Source: an uncultured delta proteobacterium (GTDB lineage: Bacteria > Desulfobacterota > Syntrophia > Syntrophales > UBA2185). From it: DNA of 64,000 bases. This document shows positions 19,456 through 30,265 of the stretch, in pieces. Under the pieces are notes generated by a model, which saw only the letters and a list, made by a program, of their open reading frames with translations, searched no databases and was not told the DNA's origin. The translations under genes were made by a program, and so were the position numbers. Numbering within the stretch: the stretch's first letter is position 1; the number at the start of each line of letters is the position of its first letter. The stretch is taken from NCBI GenBank assembly GCA_963695875.1, contig CAVOID010000010.1:64001-128000 (forward strand), written 5' to 3'.

Positions 19456-20112
19456 TCAGCGTGCCATCTTCAACACTTCATTGATTAACTTCTCAATCCC
19501 CAGGGCAACCTTGGAAATGGTTGGGCCCAGCATATACGCGGGAGTAGTAACGATCTTGTTTTTCCGGTCAACTACGACATTTTCAACAGGAGAACCGACA
19601 TGTTTGCCTCCCATCTTCTCAATGGCTTCCGCTGTGTCTTTGTCGTTACCGATTGTTAACTCCGGATTACATGAACCCAGCACCTTCGCCGCAATAACCG
19701 GGGCGATACAGACAAATCCTATGGGTCTTTTCGCCGCATGCATTTCTTTTATCAATCTCTCAACTTGCGGATTGACGGCGCAGTCCGCACCCTTCACGGC
19801 AAAGTCACATAAATTTTTAGCCGCGCCGAATCCACCGGGAAAAACCAGCGCATCGAGATCAGCAGCTTTCACATCTTTGATGTCCTTGATAACCCCTCTG
19901 GCAATACGGGAAGATTCGACCAGAACATTCCGCTTTTCACCCGTGGGCTCCCCCTTTATATGATTCACTGCATGCATCTGATCTATATCAGGAGCCATGC
20001 AGACTATCTCGGCGCCTGCCCGATCCAGGAAAAGCAGCGTGAGGGTTGCCTCATGAATTTCAGCACCATCGAATACTCCACAACCTGATAGAACTACGCC
20101 CACTCTCGCCAT
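19456..20112 (-). CDS. elbB: ElbB (DJ-1/ES1 family glyoxalase)
   Basis: LSGCGVFDGAEIHE, ESSRIARG, PGGFGAAKNLC, TTPAYM. Confidence 0.93.
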   Translation of the reverse strand: MARVGVVLSGCGVFDGAEIHEATLTLLFLDRAGAEIVCMAPDIDQMHAVNHIKGEPTGEKRNVLVESSRIARGVIKDIKDVKAADLDALVFPGGFGAAKNLCDFAVKGADCAVNPQVERLIKEMHAAKRPIGFVCIAPVIAAKVLGSCNPELTIGNDKDTAEAIEKMGGKHVGSPVENVVVDRKNKIVTTPAYMLGPTISKVALGIEKLINEVLKMAR

Positions 20113-20158
20113 CTTCTACCTCCTCGTCTCTAAAAGTTAAATAGGGAAATAAGCATTT

Positions 20159-22318
20159 TTATTTTTTTGGATCACCGGTTGCTTCAAGGATTATTCTGCA
20201 GTCAGCTACGGTAGTTCCCTGTCCTTCTCTGTAAGCCATCAGCGGATTTATATCCATTTCTTTGATTTCAGGGTGGTTGACGACCATATTCGATAAACTT
20301 ACTACAGCTTTTTCGAGTGCTTCAATATCCGACTTCGGCCGCCCTCTAAATCCCATGAGGAGTCTATAGCCCTTGATCTGCTGGACCATTCTATGGGCTT
20401 CATTCCTCAATATCGGAGCGAGACGAAACACCACATCCTGAAAAACCTCAACAAATATTCCGCCGAGACCGAACATTAAGAGGGGACCGAAATTAGTTCG
20501 ATTCATCCCAATAATTACCTCTTCTCCCTGCATGGCCATTTTCTGGATCATGACCCCATCAATTTCAGCATCAGGTCTGAACTTCTTCGCATTCTCTATT
20601 ATCTCACGAAAGGCCGTCTGTGCTTCCGCTCTGTTTTTAATTCCTACGATAACCCCTTGTACTTCTGTCTTGTGGAGAATCTGCCCGGAAACAATCTTCA
20701 TGACCACCGGGAATGTCATACCATCTGCAATATCCGCAGCCTCATTTTCACTTCTCGCAAGCTGTGACGGCAGCACATTAAAACCGTAACACTTCAGGAG
20801 TCCGACACAATCCGATTCACACAGATGGGTCTCTCCTTGGGCAAGACTTCTTGCAATTATGGCTGCCGCCCCTTCTCTGTCATGCTTTAACGCAAACTGT
20901 GGGAGATGTTCTCTGTTCAACCAATGGGAGTACCGGTAGAGCACTCCGAAGGCCTTTGCTGCATTTTCCGGAAATCTGTAAACAGGAAAACCATTCTCCT
21001 GGAGATATTTCACGCCCGCGGAAACGTCGACAATACCCATAAAGCAGCATATGATCGGTTTCTGCGCTCCTCTCGCAACCCGCACAATGGCCTGTGCTGT
21101 GCCCAAGGCATTTGTCATGGATTGAGGTGTCAGAATAACAAGGGCTCCATCGACCCCTTTGTCCCTGATCACTGCTCTGAGGGCATTCTCATAGCGGTCG
21201 TAAGAGGCATCGCCGATGACATCGATTGGGTTGTGAATATTAGCTGTCAAAGGCAGGTGGCTCGCCAGATCCTCAATCGTATCTTTCTGGAATTCAGCAA
21301 GTACCAGGTCGGATGACACTGTCATGTCCGTTGCCAGTATCCCCGGTCCACCCGCATTGGTAACAATGGCAACACGATTTCCTTTTGGCAGTATCCTTGT
21401 GCGCTTTCCCAGTTTGCTCTCCTGCTTATAGGAAAATACATTTGCATAATCAAAAAGCTCATCGATGGAGTCAGCCCGGATTATGCCTGCCTGCTTGAAA
21501 ATAGCATCGTATACAGCATCACGTCCAGCCAGGGCGCCTGTATGAGACGCCGCTGCCAGGGCGCCTGCCTTTGTCCTTCCTGACTTAATGGCCAAAACCG
21601 GTGTAGGTCTCGCCCCCGATGTAATCTCTTTTACGGCTGATATGAATTCGGCCCCCTTGCGAAGTGCTTCTATGTATAGCATGACAACCGCAGTATCAGG
21701 ATCTTCGTGAAAGTACTGCAAAAGATCCAGCTCATCGACATCCGCCTTATTGCCTATGGAAATAAACTTGGAAAACCCGATGTCCCTGTCTGCCGCGAAA
21801 TCGAGGACTGCCGTACATAGGGCTCCACTCTGGGATATAAAAGAAATATTGCCGGGCGACGGCATACGAGCTGAGAAACTGGCATTCAAACTGACGGTAG
21901 GAATAGGATTTATGACTCCGAGACAGTTGGGACCAACGAGTCGAACTCCCGCGGCTCTGCAGACGGAGACTATCCTTTCTTCGATCTCAAGCCCTTCACC
22001 CCCGACTTCCCGAAAACCTGAAGAAACAATAACGAACCCCTTTATTCCCTTTTTAATGCCTTCTTCTACTGCAGCGAGAGAAACCTGGGGGGGAAGAATT
22101 ATTATTCCAAGATCCACACGATCGGGTATGTCAGTGATCGAAGGGTAGGCTTTGACACTCAGAATTGACTTGGCCTTGGGATTGACAGGATACAGTGTAC
22201 CCTGGTAGCGGCCACTCAAGATGTTGGCAAAAATATCATGTCCCACTTTTCCGGGCGTGTTAGAGGCGCCTATAATAGCAACTGATTCCGGCGAAAAAAT
22301 AGCATCAAGACCGTTCAT
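20159..22318 (-). CDS. Acetate/acyl-CoA ligase (ADP-forming), fused alpha-beta
   Basis: VAIIGAS, GPNCLG, SQSGAL, ASHTGAL, NAGGPG, C-terminal ATP-grasp. Confidence 0.9.
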   Translation of the reverse strand: MNGLDAIFSPESVAIIGASNTPGKVGHDIFANILSGRYQGTLYPVNPKAKSILSVKAYPSITDIPDRVDLGIIILPPQVSLAAVEEGIKKGIKGFVIVSSGFREVGGEGLEIEERIVSVCRAAGVRLVGPNCLGVINPIPTVSLNASFSARMPSPGNISFISQSGALCTAVLDFAADRDIGFSKFISIGNKADVDELDLLQYFHEDPDTAVVMLYIEALRKGAEFISAVKEITSGARPTPVLAIKSGRTKAGALAAASHTGALAGRDAVYDAIFKQAGIIRADSIDELFDYANVFSYKQESKLGKRTRILPKGNRVAIVTNAGGPGILATDMTVSSDLVLAEFQKDTIEDLASHLPLTANIHNPIDVIGDASYDRYENALRAVIRDKGVDGALVILTPQSMTNALGTAQAIVRVARGAQKPIICCFMGIVDVSAGVKYLQENGFPVYRFPENAAKAFGVLYRYSHWLNREHLPQFALKHDREGAAAIIARSLAQGETHLCESDCVGLLKCYGFNVLPSQLARSENEAADIADGMTFPVVMKIVSGQILHKTEVQGVIVGIKNRAEAQTAFREIIENAKKFRPDAEIDGVMIQKMAMQGEEVIIGMNRTNFGPLLMFGLGGIFVEVFQDVVFRLAPILRNEAHRMVQQIKGYRLLMGFRGRPKSDIEALEKAVVSLSNMVVNHPEIKEMDINPLMAYREGQGTTVADCRIILEATGDPKK

Positions 22319-22325
22319 TTTCCCA

Positions 22326-23688
22326 CTACCTTCCTTTGTTAATTATTTCCTCATTTTTAGGGCTTATCAGCACGGTCATACCCAGAACACCACTCATCAG
22401 ATCGCTCTCGGGAGTGCCGCCATCATGGAGTTCGAGACCCGGATGAATCGTGGTTATGGCTGCGTGGCCGACTATTCTTCTGCTTTCCCTGCCCAGTAAA
22501 TCCTTCGTTCTGACTCCCCAGAAATTATGAAATATGAGGGCCTTGCCCTGATAGCCTCCGATGTACAACATAATATGTCCTCTGCGCCAAATCAAGGTGA
22601 GATAAGGCACCCCCTGTTTCAGGATCATCCATTTCCTTCTCTGCCGGAGAAAGTTTCCGTAGGTCTATGAATGTGCCACCCTCTCTTGCCTGATCCGCCG
22701 AATTCCTCGGTAACCACAGCCCGAAGGGTGTAAACAGGTCCTTGATCATAGCCGAACAGTCTCTGTTCTGATACAAGCCCCCCCAGCCATAAGGTTCATT
22801 GATCAGTCCATTGGCCAGATTAGCAATATTAAAGGTCGTCAATCTCAGGGGTTTTGAAGCTGCGTCTTCTTTCGAAACAACGGCGCTTTTCATAAATGCC
22901 TTGCCATTTTCATCCGCCACGGCCACGAGCAGCTTGATGCTTTTTGTATCTTCCTCGATTTTTGGAAACACCGATCCTAATGGAGCTTTAAAAAGAAAAC
23001 GTCCTTCTCCATCATATACCGGGATTTTATCCCTTATAATAACCGCGTAATTGCCCCTTTCCCAGGTTCTTACGAAATTTTCATCCACAGAGGCCACACT
23101 TCTTACCGACATCCATCCCACAGCATATGGTGTTTCAGCCAAAACCCAGGCCTTATCCTTAGTCATATGGGATATAAAAACGGGGGTATTGGCGGCAATA
23201 GATGACTCTTGAAGGTTATCAAAGGGATATCCGCGATATGAATTATCTGAATCATAAAAATGGGGCTTATGGGTAGGAAGAACTCTCAAATCAGTATTAT
23301 CGATGGTGATGGCTAAGAAACCGCTATTCGGATAAGCCTCCAGATGGGCATTGGCAGCTAAATCTTTTATCCACGACTTCTCATGTTTTCTTCTATTTTC
23401 TCCATAACCTAAACTATTCCCGTATTTTTTAAATCCCGATTCAACTATGTCCAGCTGATAGAAGGGTTTCTCCCGATGCCAGGGAGAAAAATACAGGGCA
23501 TCATAATTGGCATCCATCTTTTTTTGGTAAACGGCAGTTATCAGCTCACGATCGGAAACAGATTTATCAATATAATACATGTGGTCCTGTTTGAGATCCC
23601 GGATGTCTCTGATCGTTTCAGGAACTCCTGCACATGCATATAAGAGAAAAATAAGGATAAAGAATATAGGGATATTATTAAATCTCAT
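22326..23688 (-). CDS. SH3/NlpC-P60 lipoprotein (peptidoglycan endopeptidase), frameshift near 22630
   Basis: Lipobox-like LYAC; PYGWGG...RDCS, LPRNSADQ, GHIMLYIG. Confidence 0.85.
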
Positions 23689-23885
23689 AGATAACGGTGC
23701 TTCAAACCATCATATTATTTTTACATATTAGGCATTTTTTCCAATAGATGCAATACTTTTATGCACCATTTGCTGACCTCTGATCAAAGCCTTTCGATAG
23801 ATATTTTTATGGCATTCCCTATAAAAGATTGGTATTATAATATCACAAAACATACATCTTTTATTCAGAAAGGAGGGAATGACAC

Positions 23886-24371
23886 ATGGTTTCGGTAGAT
23901 CTGCTCAAGAATTTTGGTTTTTTCAAAGGGTTCAGTGATGGTGAGTTAAAGAAATTCGCGGATATCGCTACTGAAGAGACTTATAAAGCCGGTGTCCAGA
24001 TTTACAAAAAGGGAGAGCCGGCAAAGAACCTCTCCCTGCTGGAAGAGGGAAAGGTCCTCATGACATTGGAAACTTATGTAGGACCCCAAAGACCCCCGAT
24101 GCAGGTTACCGTTGATATTGTCACGAAGGGTGAAGCCATGGGATGGTCGGCAGTGGTTGAACCTTACGTCTATACCCTGGGGGCTCGCTGTATCGACGAT
24201 TCGAGACTAATTAATATTGACTCTGCGAAATTGAGGGAAGTTCTAACTGCAGACAAAGCCCTGGGTTTTAAATTCATGCATGCCACTGCGAAAGTAATAG
24301 CCACCCGTCTTACCCATACCGAGATTATACTGGTTGGTGAGAGAGGACTTTCTGTTCTTTCTGAGATGTGA
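23886..24371 (+). CDS. Stand-alone cyclic-nucleotide-binding domain protein
   Basis: FFKGFSD.EL, GEAMGWSAVV, no HTH. Confidence 0.85.
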   Translation: MVSVDLLKNFGFFKGFSDGELKKFADIATEETYKAGVQIYKKGEPAKNLSLLEEGKVLMTLETYVGPQRPPMQVTVDIVTKGEAMGWSAVVEPYVYTLGARCIDDSRLINIDSAKLREVLTADKALGFKFMHATAKVIATRLTHTEIILVGERGLSVLSEM

Positions 24372-24386
24372 TGGAGGAGAGTAGTC

Positions 24387-24602
24387 ATGGCAGAAGAGAT
24401 CATAATTTACGGCAAGGGGGGTTGACCGTTTACAGACCAGGCCCGGGCGGCTTACGGAAAAAAGGCAAAGTATGTTGATGTGAAATCCGATGGCGCAAAG
24501 TTGCAGGAGATGCTCAAGCTCTCCGGCGGCGTTCGGCAGGTTCCGGTCATCATGGAGAATGGTAAAGTAACTGTCGGCTATGGGGGTTCCTGAGGTGTAT
24601 GA
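24387..24602 (+). CDS. Glutaredoxin-like selenoprotein with two Sec residues (UXX-star type), 71 aa
   Basis: GGAGG RBS; MAEEIIIYGKGG-U-PFT...VRQVPVI...VTVGYGGS-U-GV*; TGA at 24423 and 24591, each followed by a hairpin; selA in the window. Confidence 0.88.
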
Positions 24603-24828
24603 TGGCCGATAGGTAATCGGCTTCCCGACATTATTCTGACAAACTGGGGGACAATGTCCCTCAGCTTATATTATTAATACAGCAATAAAGCATATCAAAC
24701 CGGATAACCAACTAAAAACTTCGTGTATGATACACGGATCTGATACCTCATGGCAGGACATGCTATGGGGTAGTTCATTTTGGTCTAATAGAAAAATTTA
24801 AAATATCAGGGAGGTTCAATAGACAAGC

Positions 24829-26292
24829 ATGCTTAGTAAACCCCTAAGGTTTTTCTTAATTATTTTTCTGGTTTCTTTAACGTTATTCCCCCTTGCAGAT
24901 TATCCTTTATCTTCCCGGGAATCGATTCTGGGTCAGGCCTTTGCCGCTACTGCTGGAAAGGTGGCAGGAACACCTGTTTCTTTTGCTGACCTCGTGGAAA
25001 AATGGAGACCAACTGTCGTAAATATCAGTACAACGACCATTGTAAAAGGCCGACAGGGTAATCCCTTGGGAAACGAAATGCCTTTTCAAAGGTTTTTCGG
25101 TAAGGATGACTTTTTCAGAAGGTTTTTTGAAGATGCGCCTGAACGGGAATTTAAGCAGCGAAGCCTTGGATCAGGATTCATCATTTCCAGTGACGGCTAC
25201 ATATTTACCAATAATCATGTTGTTGAAAAAGCCAATAAGATAAAGGTCAAACTTTCCACCGGCAAGGAATACGATGCGGAAGTCAAAGGCAAAGATCCGA
25301 CAACCGATATAGCCCTGATAAAGATAAACCCGGAAAATAGTCTTCCTGTCGTAAAGTTTGGTGATTCTGACAAATTACGGACAGGCGACTGGGTTTTTGC
25401 CATCGGCAACCCTTTCGGTCTGGAACACACGGTCACAGCAGGAATAGTCAGTGCCAAGGGACGTGTCATAGGTTCAGGGCCGTATGACAATTTTATCCAG
25501 ACGGATGCTTCCATAAATCCCGGTAACAGCGGTGGTCCTCTCTTCAACCTTGACGGAGAAGTTATCGGCATCAACGCCGCTATTGTCGCCCAAGGACATG
25601 GGATTGGTTTTGCCATACCGATTAACACGGCAAAAAGTATTCTCGCCGATCTCAAGACCAAGGGAAGTGTTACCCGCGGCTGGTTAGGAATTTCCATACA
25701 GGATATTACAGAGGATATTGCTGAAAATTTGAAGCTGAAGGATACCAATGGCGCCCTTGTAGGTCATGTTTTTGAGGGTGATCCCGCAGACAAGGCCGGT
25801 ATTAAGACAGGAGATATCATTATCGAAATCGTCGGTACGAAAATTCAGGACACGCATGAACTGATGAGAATTGTTGCTGCTCAGACGGTTGGGGAAAAAG
25901 TTAAGATCAAAATTGTACGCGATGGCCAGGAGAAGATACTTCAGGTGACTATCGGCGAAAGAAGAGAAGAGCGGGAAATCGCAAGCAAAGGCAAGATCGG
26001 CGAGATTTACGGCATGGCAGTTCAAGAAATTACGCCGGAATTAGCAAGACATTTTGGACTGGCCGATCAAACCGGGGTTATCATCGCCCAGATACAGGAG
26101 GGAAGTCCTGCTGATGATGCCGGCTTGAAGATTCAGGATATTATTCTCCAGGTCAATAAGGTAAGAATTTCTTCCGTTAAAGATTTTCTAAATGAAATTA
26201 AGAAAAATAATGAGGGGGGAACGGTATTACTTTTAATCAAGAGGGGAGAGATGACCTTCTTCGTAACGTTAAAGAAAGGGGTAACGAAATAA
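24829..26292 (+). CDS. DegQ/HtrA serine endoprotease
   Basis: TNNHVV, DIALIK, GNSGG, two PDZ domains. Confidence 0.95.
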   Translation: MLSKPLRFFLIIFLVSLTLFPLADYPLSSRESILGQAFAATAGKVAGTPVSFADLVEKWRPTVVNISTTTIVKGRQGNPLGNEMPFQRFFGKDDFFRRFFEDAPEREFKQRSLGSGFIISSDGYIFTNNHVVEKANKIKVKLSTGKEYDAEVKGKDPTTDIALIKINPENSLPVVKFGDSDKLRTGDWVFAIGNPFGLEHTVTAGIVSAKGRVIGSGPYDNFIQTDASINPGNSGGPLFNLDGEVIGINAAIVAQGHGIGFAIPINTAKSILADLKTKGSVTRGWLGISIQDITEDIAENLKLKDTNGALVGHVFEGDPADKAGIKTGDIIIEIVGTKIQDTHELMRIVAAQTVGEKVKIKIVRDGQEKILQVTIGERREEREIASKGKIGEIYGMAVQEITPELARHFGLADQTGVIIAQIQEGSPADDAGLKIQDIILQVNKVRISSVKDFLNEIKKNNEGGTVLLLIKRGEMTFFVTLKKGVTK

Positions 26293-26425
26293 TCATCCTT
26301 TGTATTGACATAAAACAAACAAGCTGATAATGAGCCAACCATGCCCTTGTATATGCCGTTAGTGTCATTCCGATAATATCGCCGCTCACATCGCGAAAGG
26401 GGACAATGAATTCTAGGAGGGGGAA

Positions 26426-26974
26426 ATGAAACATCTTGTTCCCACAAAGATTTTTTTTACAAAGGGTGTCGGTACACATAAGGATGAACTCCACTCATTC
26501 GAGCGAGCACTGAGAGACGCAGATATAGAGATGTTTAACCTTGTTCAGGTATCGAGTATCTTCCCGCCGCATTGCAAAATGGTCTCAAAAACACAGGGGC
26601 TGAAAGAAATGGTGCCTGGTGGATTGACCTTCTGTGTCTTGAGCCGCTGCTGCAGTAATGAACCGAAGCGACTTCTGGCCGCTTCTGTCGGATGTGCCAT
26701 CCCGGCAGATACAAAATCCTACGGATATATTAGCGAACACCATGCATACGGTCAGACGGAGAAACAGGCCGGGGACTATGCCGAAGATCTCGCTGCCGCC
26801 ATGTTGGCATCAACACTGGGCATCGATTTTAATGTCGATGAAAGCTGGGATGAGAAAAAAGAGATCTTCAAAATCAGCGGGAAGATCGTCAGAACGCGCA
26901 ATGTGACGCAGTCTGCAATTGTTAAGAATGGAGGATACACTACCGTCGTTGCTGCTGCAGTATTCGTTTTCTGA
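26426..26974 (+). CDS. Pyruvoyl-dependent arginine decarboxylase
   Basis: [19 protein letters not shown] self-cleavage motif, YGYISEHH. Confidence 0.9.
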   Translation: MKHLVPTKIFFTKGVGTHKDELHSFERALRDADIEMFNLVQVSSIFPPHCKMVSKTQGLKEMVPGGLTFCVLSRCCSNEPKRLLAASVGCAIPADTKSYGYISEHHAYGQTEKQAGDYAEDLAAAMLASTLGIDFNVDESWDEKKEIFKISGKIVRTRNVTQSAIVKNGGYTTVVAAAVFVF

Positions 26975-27087
26975 TTTATTGTTGATGAACTCGTAAAAAG
27001 TCGAAAATGTAGCTGAGGATGGGCGGGAACAAATTTAGAAAAGGCCGTCCCTTTTCTCCGGTTTATTTCTTTTTACGCGATAATCAA

Positions 27088-27852
27088 ATGATAAGTGTAT
27101 TCATAAAAAAGACCGCTGAGATCCTACACACTTCTCTATTTATTGTCATCTCCCTCACTATTCTATTAATCCAATCAACGGAACCCTCGGTCTTTGCTCA
27201 GAAGTCCGATGATACTACCTTCCTCGAGCAAAGAATATCGATGGTAAAAACCCAGATTGTGGAAAGGGGCGTTAATGATCCCCACGTGATCGGGGCGATG
27301 AAGTCCGTTCCACGCCATAAATTTGTTCCTGATAAGTATATCACCAGCGCTTACGACGACAACCCACTACCCATCGGATACGGACAAACCATTTCTCAGC
27401 CGTACATTGTAGCGTACATGACGGAAGTTTTGAATCTGAGAAAGACCAGTACGGTTTTAGAAGTAGGTACCGGATCTGGCTACCAGGCGGCAATACTCTC
27501 CCCTATTGTCAAGCAGGTCTATACGATTGAGATCATTTCTGAACTGGCAAAATCAGCAGCTATTCGCCTGAAAGATTTAGGCTATGATAATGTCGAAGTC
27601 GCAATCGGTGATGGCTATTATGGCTGGAATAAATACGCCCCCTTTGATGCGATCATTGTCACTGCGGCAGCCGGACACATTCCACCGCCCCTGCTGGAAC
27701 AGCTCAAAAATAATGGCAGAATGGTCATACCGGTAGGAGGTTCCTTCACAGTTCAGAATCTCATCCTGATCAGTAAGGATGGGGATGGCAATATAACAAC
27801 CAGAAATCTGATACCGGTGCGATTCGTTCCCCTTACCGGAAGTCGCGATTAA
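27088..27852 (+). CDS. pcm: Protein-L-isoaspartate O-methyltransferase with N-terminal hydrophobic leader
   Basis: GQTISQPYIV, VLEVGTGSGYQAA, APFDAIIVTAA, VRFVPL; start uncertain. Confidence 0.92.
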   Translation: MISVFIKKTAEILHTSLFIVISLTILLIQSTEPSVFAQKSDDTTFLEQRISMVKTQIVERGVNDPHVIGAMKSVPRHKFVPDKYITSAYDDNPLPIGYGQTISQPYIVAYMTEVLNLRKTSTVLEVGTGSGYQAAILSPIVKQVYTIEIISELAKSAAIRLKDLGYDNVEVAIGDGYYGWNKYAPFDAIIVTAAAGHIPPPLLEQLKNNGRMVIPVGGSFTVQNLILISKDGDGNITTRNLIPVRFVPLTGSRD

Positions 27853-27855
27853 TAT

Positions 27856-30264
27856 ATGGACGCCTGCCTCTCGTTAAAACGCATCCAGATTTCTGTCTTT
27901 CTGATTTCTGCGGCCCTCATCTCCTATCAGATACTCCTGATCAAGATGTTTTCCATACAGTACTGGTACCATTTTGCTTATCTTATCATCAGCATAGCCC
28001 TTTTAGGTTTCGGGGCGAGCGGTACTTTTATTTTTCTTTTTAAAAGACAGTTAAAGGATCATTTTCCGTCGGTCCTTTTCTTCTGTCCCCTTCTCCTCGC
28101 ATCGTCGATCTGGATGAACATCTACCTGAACCGGGAAATTGCTTTCAATCCACTGATGATTATCTGGAACAAATACGAAATCATTCGTCTCCTTATATTA
28201 AGCCTTTCCATCTTAGTCCCTTTTTTTTTAGGTGCACTTTGTATCGGGCTTAGTTTTATAGCCGCTTCCGATTACATTCATAGGATCTACTTTGCCAACT
28301 TAGCGGGTTCAGGTATGGGGAGCCTGATCGTTCTTTTAACCTTATTCCATATCAGACCTCATGGAATCATGCTTTTCATTTCGATGATCACAATCTGTGC
28401 GGCCCTGAGTGCAAGTACGAGTCGTATCAGGAAGGGAATCACCTGTGTTGCCGGAGTTGCAGTGATACTTCTCTATGTTTTCCTGTTCCGCCTCATGCCG
28501 CTCCCCATGAGCAGTTTCAAAGATCTTGTCCAGGCCGAGCATCTCATGGATACGAAAAAAGAAATGGAAGTCTTCGGCCCACTCGGTCTGGTTACCGTAC
28601 TGTCCAGCCCCGCTTACCACTATCTCCCCGACTTGAGCTTAAACTGTCCCTACCCCTTACCGCGACAGAAGGGACTCTTCCTGGATGGAAACACTGTCGG
28701 CCCCATCAATGAGTTCACTGGTGATTTAAATAATATTCATTTTATGGATTACCGGACGAACTCTCTTGCATACAAGCTTTTATATCACCCCGCTGTACTG
28801 ATTATCGGCGGCGGCTCCGGAACAGAAATACTCAATGCCGGTTACCATGCAGCCAAGAGCATCTCCGTTGTGGAAATGAATGCCGACATTGCTCATCTTA
28901 TGCAGAAACCTTACGGAACATATAGTGGAGACATATATAATCATGTAAATACAAATGTCCTTATTGAAGAAGGACGGGGATACCTGCAGAGGACAAAACA
29001 GCATTTTGATCTTATCGATATAAGCCTGCTCGAGTCTATGGGGACGGCTTCCGCCGGTGTTTACTCCCTTAATGAAAATTATCTTTTTACCACGGAAGCA
29101 ATAGCGGTTTGCCTGGAACGTCTCACGCCGGGAGGCATACTGAGCATCTCCACATGGATTAAGAATCCTCCAAGGGATAACATCAAGCTCCTTGCCACGG
29201 CAATTGAGGCCATAGAAGGACAAAAGAAAAATGTCCCTTCTCAATCGATAATCATGGTCAGGAGCTGGCAAACAGCCACTCTCCTGGTAAAAAACGGCGA
29301 CTTTGACGATAGAGACATGGCAGCCGTCAGGGAATTTTGTAAAAGCCGCCTTATCGATATTTCCTATCATCCGAGAGTTAAGAAAAGTGAAACTAATATC
29401 TTCAATAAGTTTGATGAAGACATTTTTTATTCCGCAGCGATCAAACTGCTATCACCTGAAAGAGAAAAGTTCTACGAAACATATCCATTTTATGTTAAAC
29501 CGGCCACAGATGACAGGCCCTTCTTCTCTCATTTTTTTAAAATTGACATGATGAAACAATATCTCAAATCATCCGACCGCGTCCTGATTCCTTTCCTGGA
29601 CTGGGGATATATTCTGGTATGGATAGCGGCATGCATTCTTTTTCTTATGGGCATGACTCTCATCCTGGCTCCCATGCCATTCCTACTTCCTTCCCAAAAG
29701 GGACTCTTTTCCATACTCATTTATTTCGGTTCTTTGGGAATGGCTTATATGTTTTTAGAAATATCCCTACTACAGCAGTTCATCCGCTACCTGTTTGACC
29801 CCATCTTCTCCGCAAGTGTTGTGATCGGCTCATTCCTCGTCTATTCAGGGATAGGAAGCCTGATTGCCGGAAAAGTCAGTCCGTTCAAATCGAAACACAT
29901 ATTCTGGTCCGTCCTTATAATTGGCATTACCGGCTTCATTTTCCTGACTTCTGACCGTTGGCTTCAGAGCATCCTCTCCGGATTACCTCTGTGGCTCAGA
30001 ATGCTTTCATGCAGCTTGATCATAGCACCACTTGCCATTCCCATGGGTATCCCATTCCCCTCGGGACTCAGCGAATTATCCGCGGGGAGGGAGGGCCTCA
30101 TTCCCTGGGCTTGGAGCATAAACGGGTTCTTCTCCGTCATAGGAAGTTCGACAACAGTGCTCATTGCCATAACGTGCGGCTTTAAATCTATTATTCTGAT
30201 GGCTGTCGTGCTCTATATACTGTCTGCATTCATGTTCACCCGGCTTAGAATGGGAGGAAGCTGA
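27856..30264 (+). CDS. Polytopic membrane protein with central spermidine-synthase-like SAM-fold domain
   Basis: N- and C-terminal TM blocks; IIGGGSG, EGR.YL, TDDRPFF. Confidence 0.85.
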   Translation: MDACLSLKRIQISVFLISAALISYQILLIKMFSIQYWYHFAYLIISIALLGFGASGTFIFLFKRQLKDHFPSVLFFCPLLLASSIWMNIYLNREIAFNPLMIIWNKYEIIRLLILSLSILVPFFLGALCIGLSFIAASDYIHRIYFANLAGSGMGSLIVLLTLFHIRPHGIMLFISMITICAALSASTSRIRKGITCVAGVAVILLYVFLFRLMPLPMSSFKDLVQAEHLMDTKKEMEVFGPLGLVTVLSSPAYHYLPDLSLNCPYPLPRQKGLFLDGNTVGPINEFTGDLNNIHFMDYRTNSLAYKLLYHPAVLIIGGGSGTEILNAGYHAAKSISVVEMNADIAHLMQKPYGTYSGDIYNHVNTNVLIEEGRGYLQRTKQHFDLIDISLLESMGTASAGVYSLNENYLFTTEAIAVCLERLTPGGILSISTWIKNPPRDNIKLLATAIEAIEGQKKNVPSQSIIMVRSWQTATLLVKNGDFDDRDMAAVREFCKSRLIDISYHPRVKKSETNIFNKFDEDIFYSAAIKLLSPEREKFYETYPFYVKPATDDRPFFSHFFKIDMMKQYLKSSDRVLIPFLDWGYILVWIAACILFLMGMTLILAPMPFLLPSQKGLFSILIYFGSLGMAYMFLEISLLQQFIRYLFDPIFSASVVIGSFLVYSGIGSLIAGKVSPFKSKHIFWSVLIIGITGFIFLTSDRWLQSILSGLPLWLRMLSCSLIIAPLAIPMGIPFPSGLSELSAGREGLIPWAWSINGFFSVIGSSTTVLIAITCGFKSIILMAVVLYILSAFMFTRLRMGGS

Positions 30265-30265
30265 T

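Noticed and set aside
24600..24690. Third TGA of the selenoprotein as another Sec
   Set aside because: The downstream frame has no recognisable protein features, and U-X-X-stop fits the known family pattern.
26332..26425. Riboswitch or leader peptide upstream of the arginine decarboxylase
   Set aside because: Only weak pairing and tiny ORFs; no known aptamer consensus recognised. An Rfam scan would be decisive.
26981..27009. GTTGATGAACTCGTAAAAAGTCG as a MITE end
   Set aside because: No matching inverted end was found nearby.
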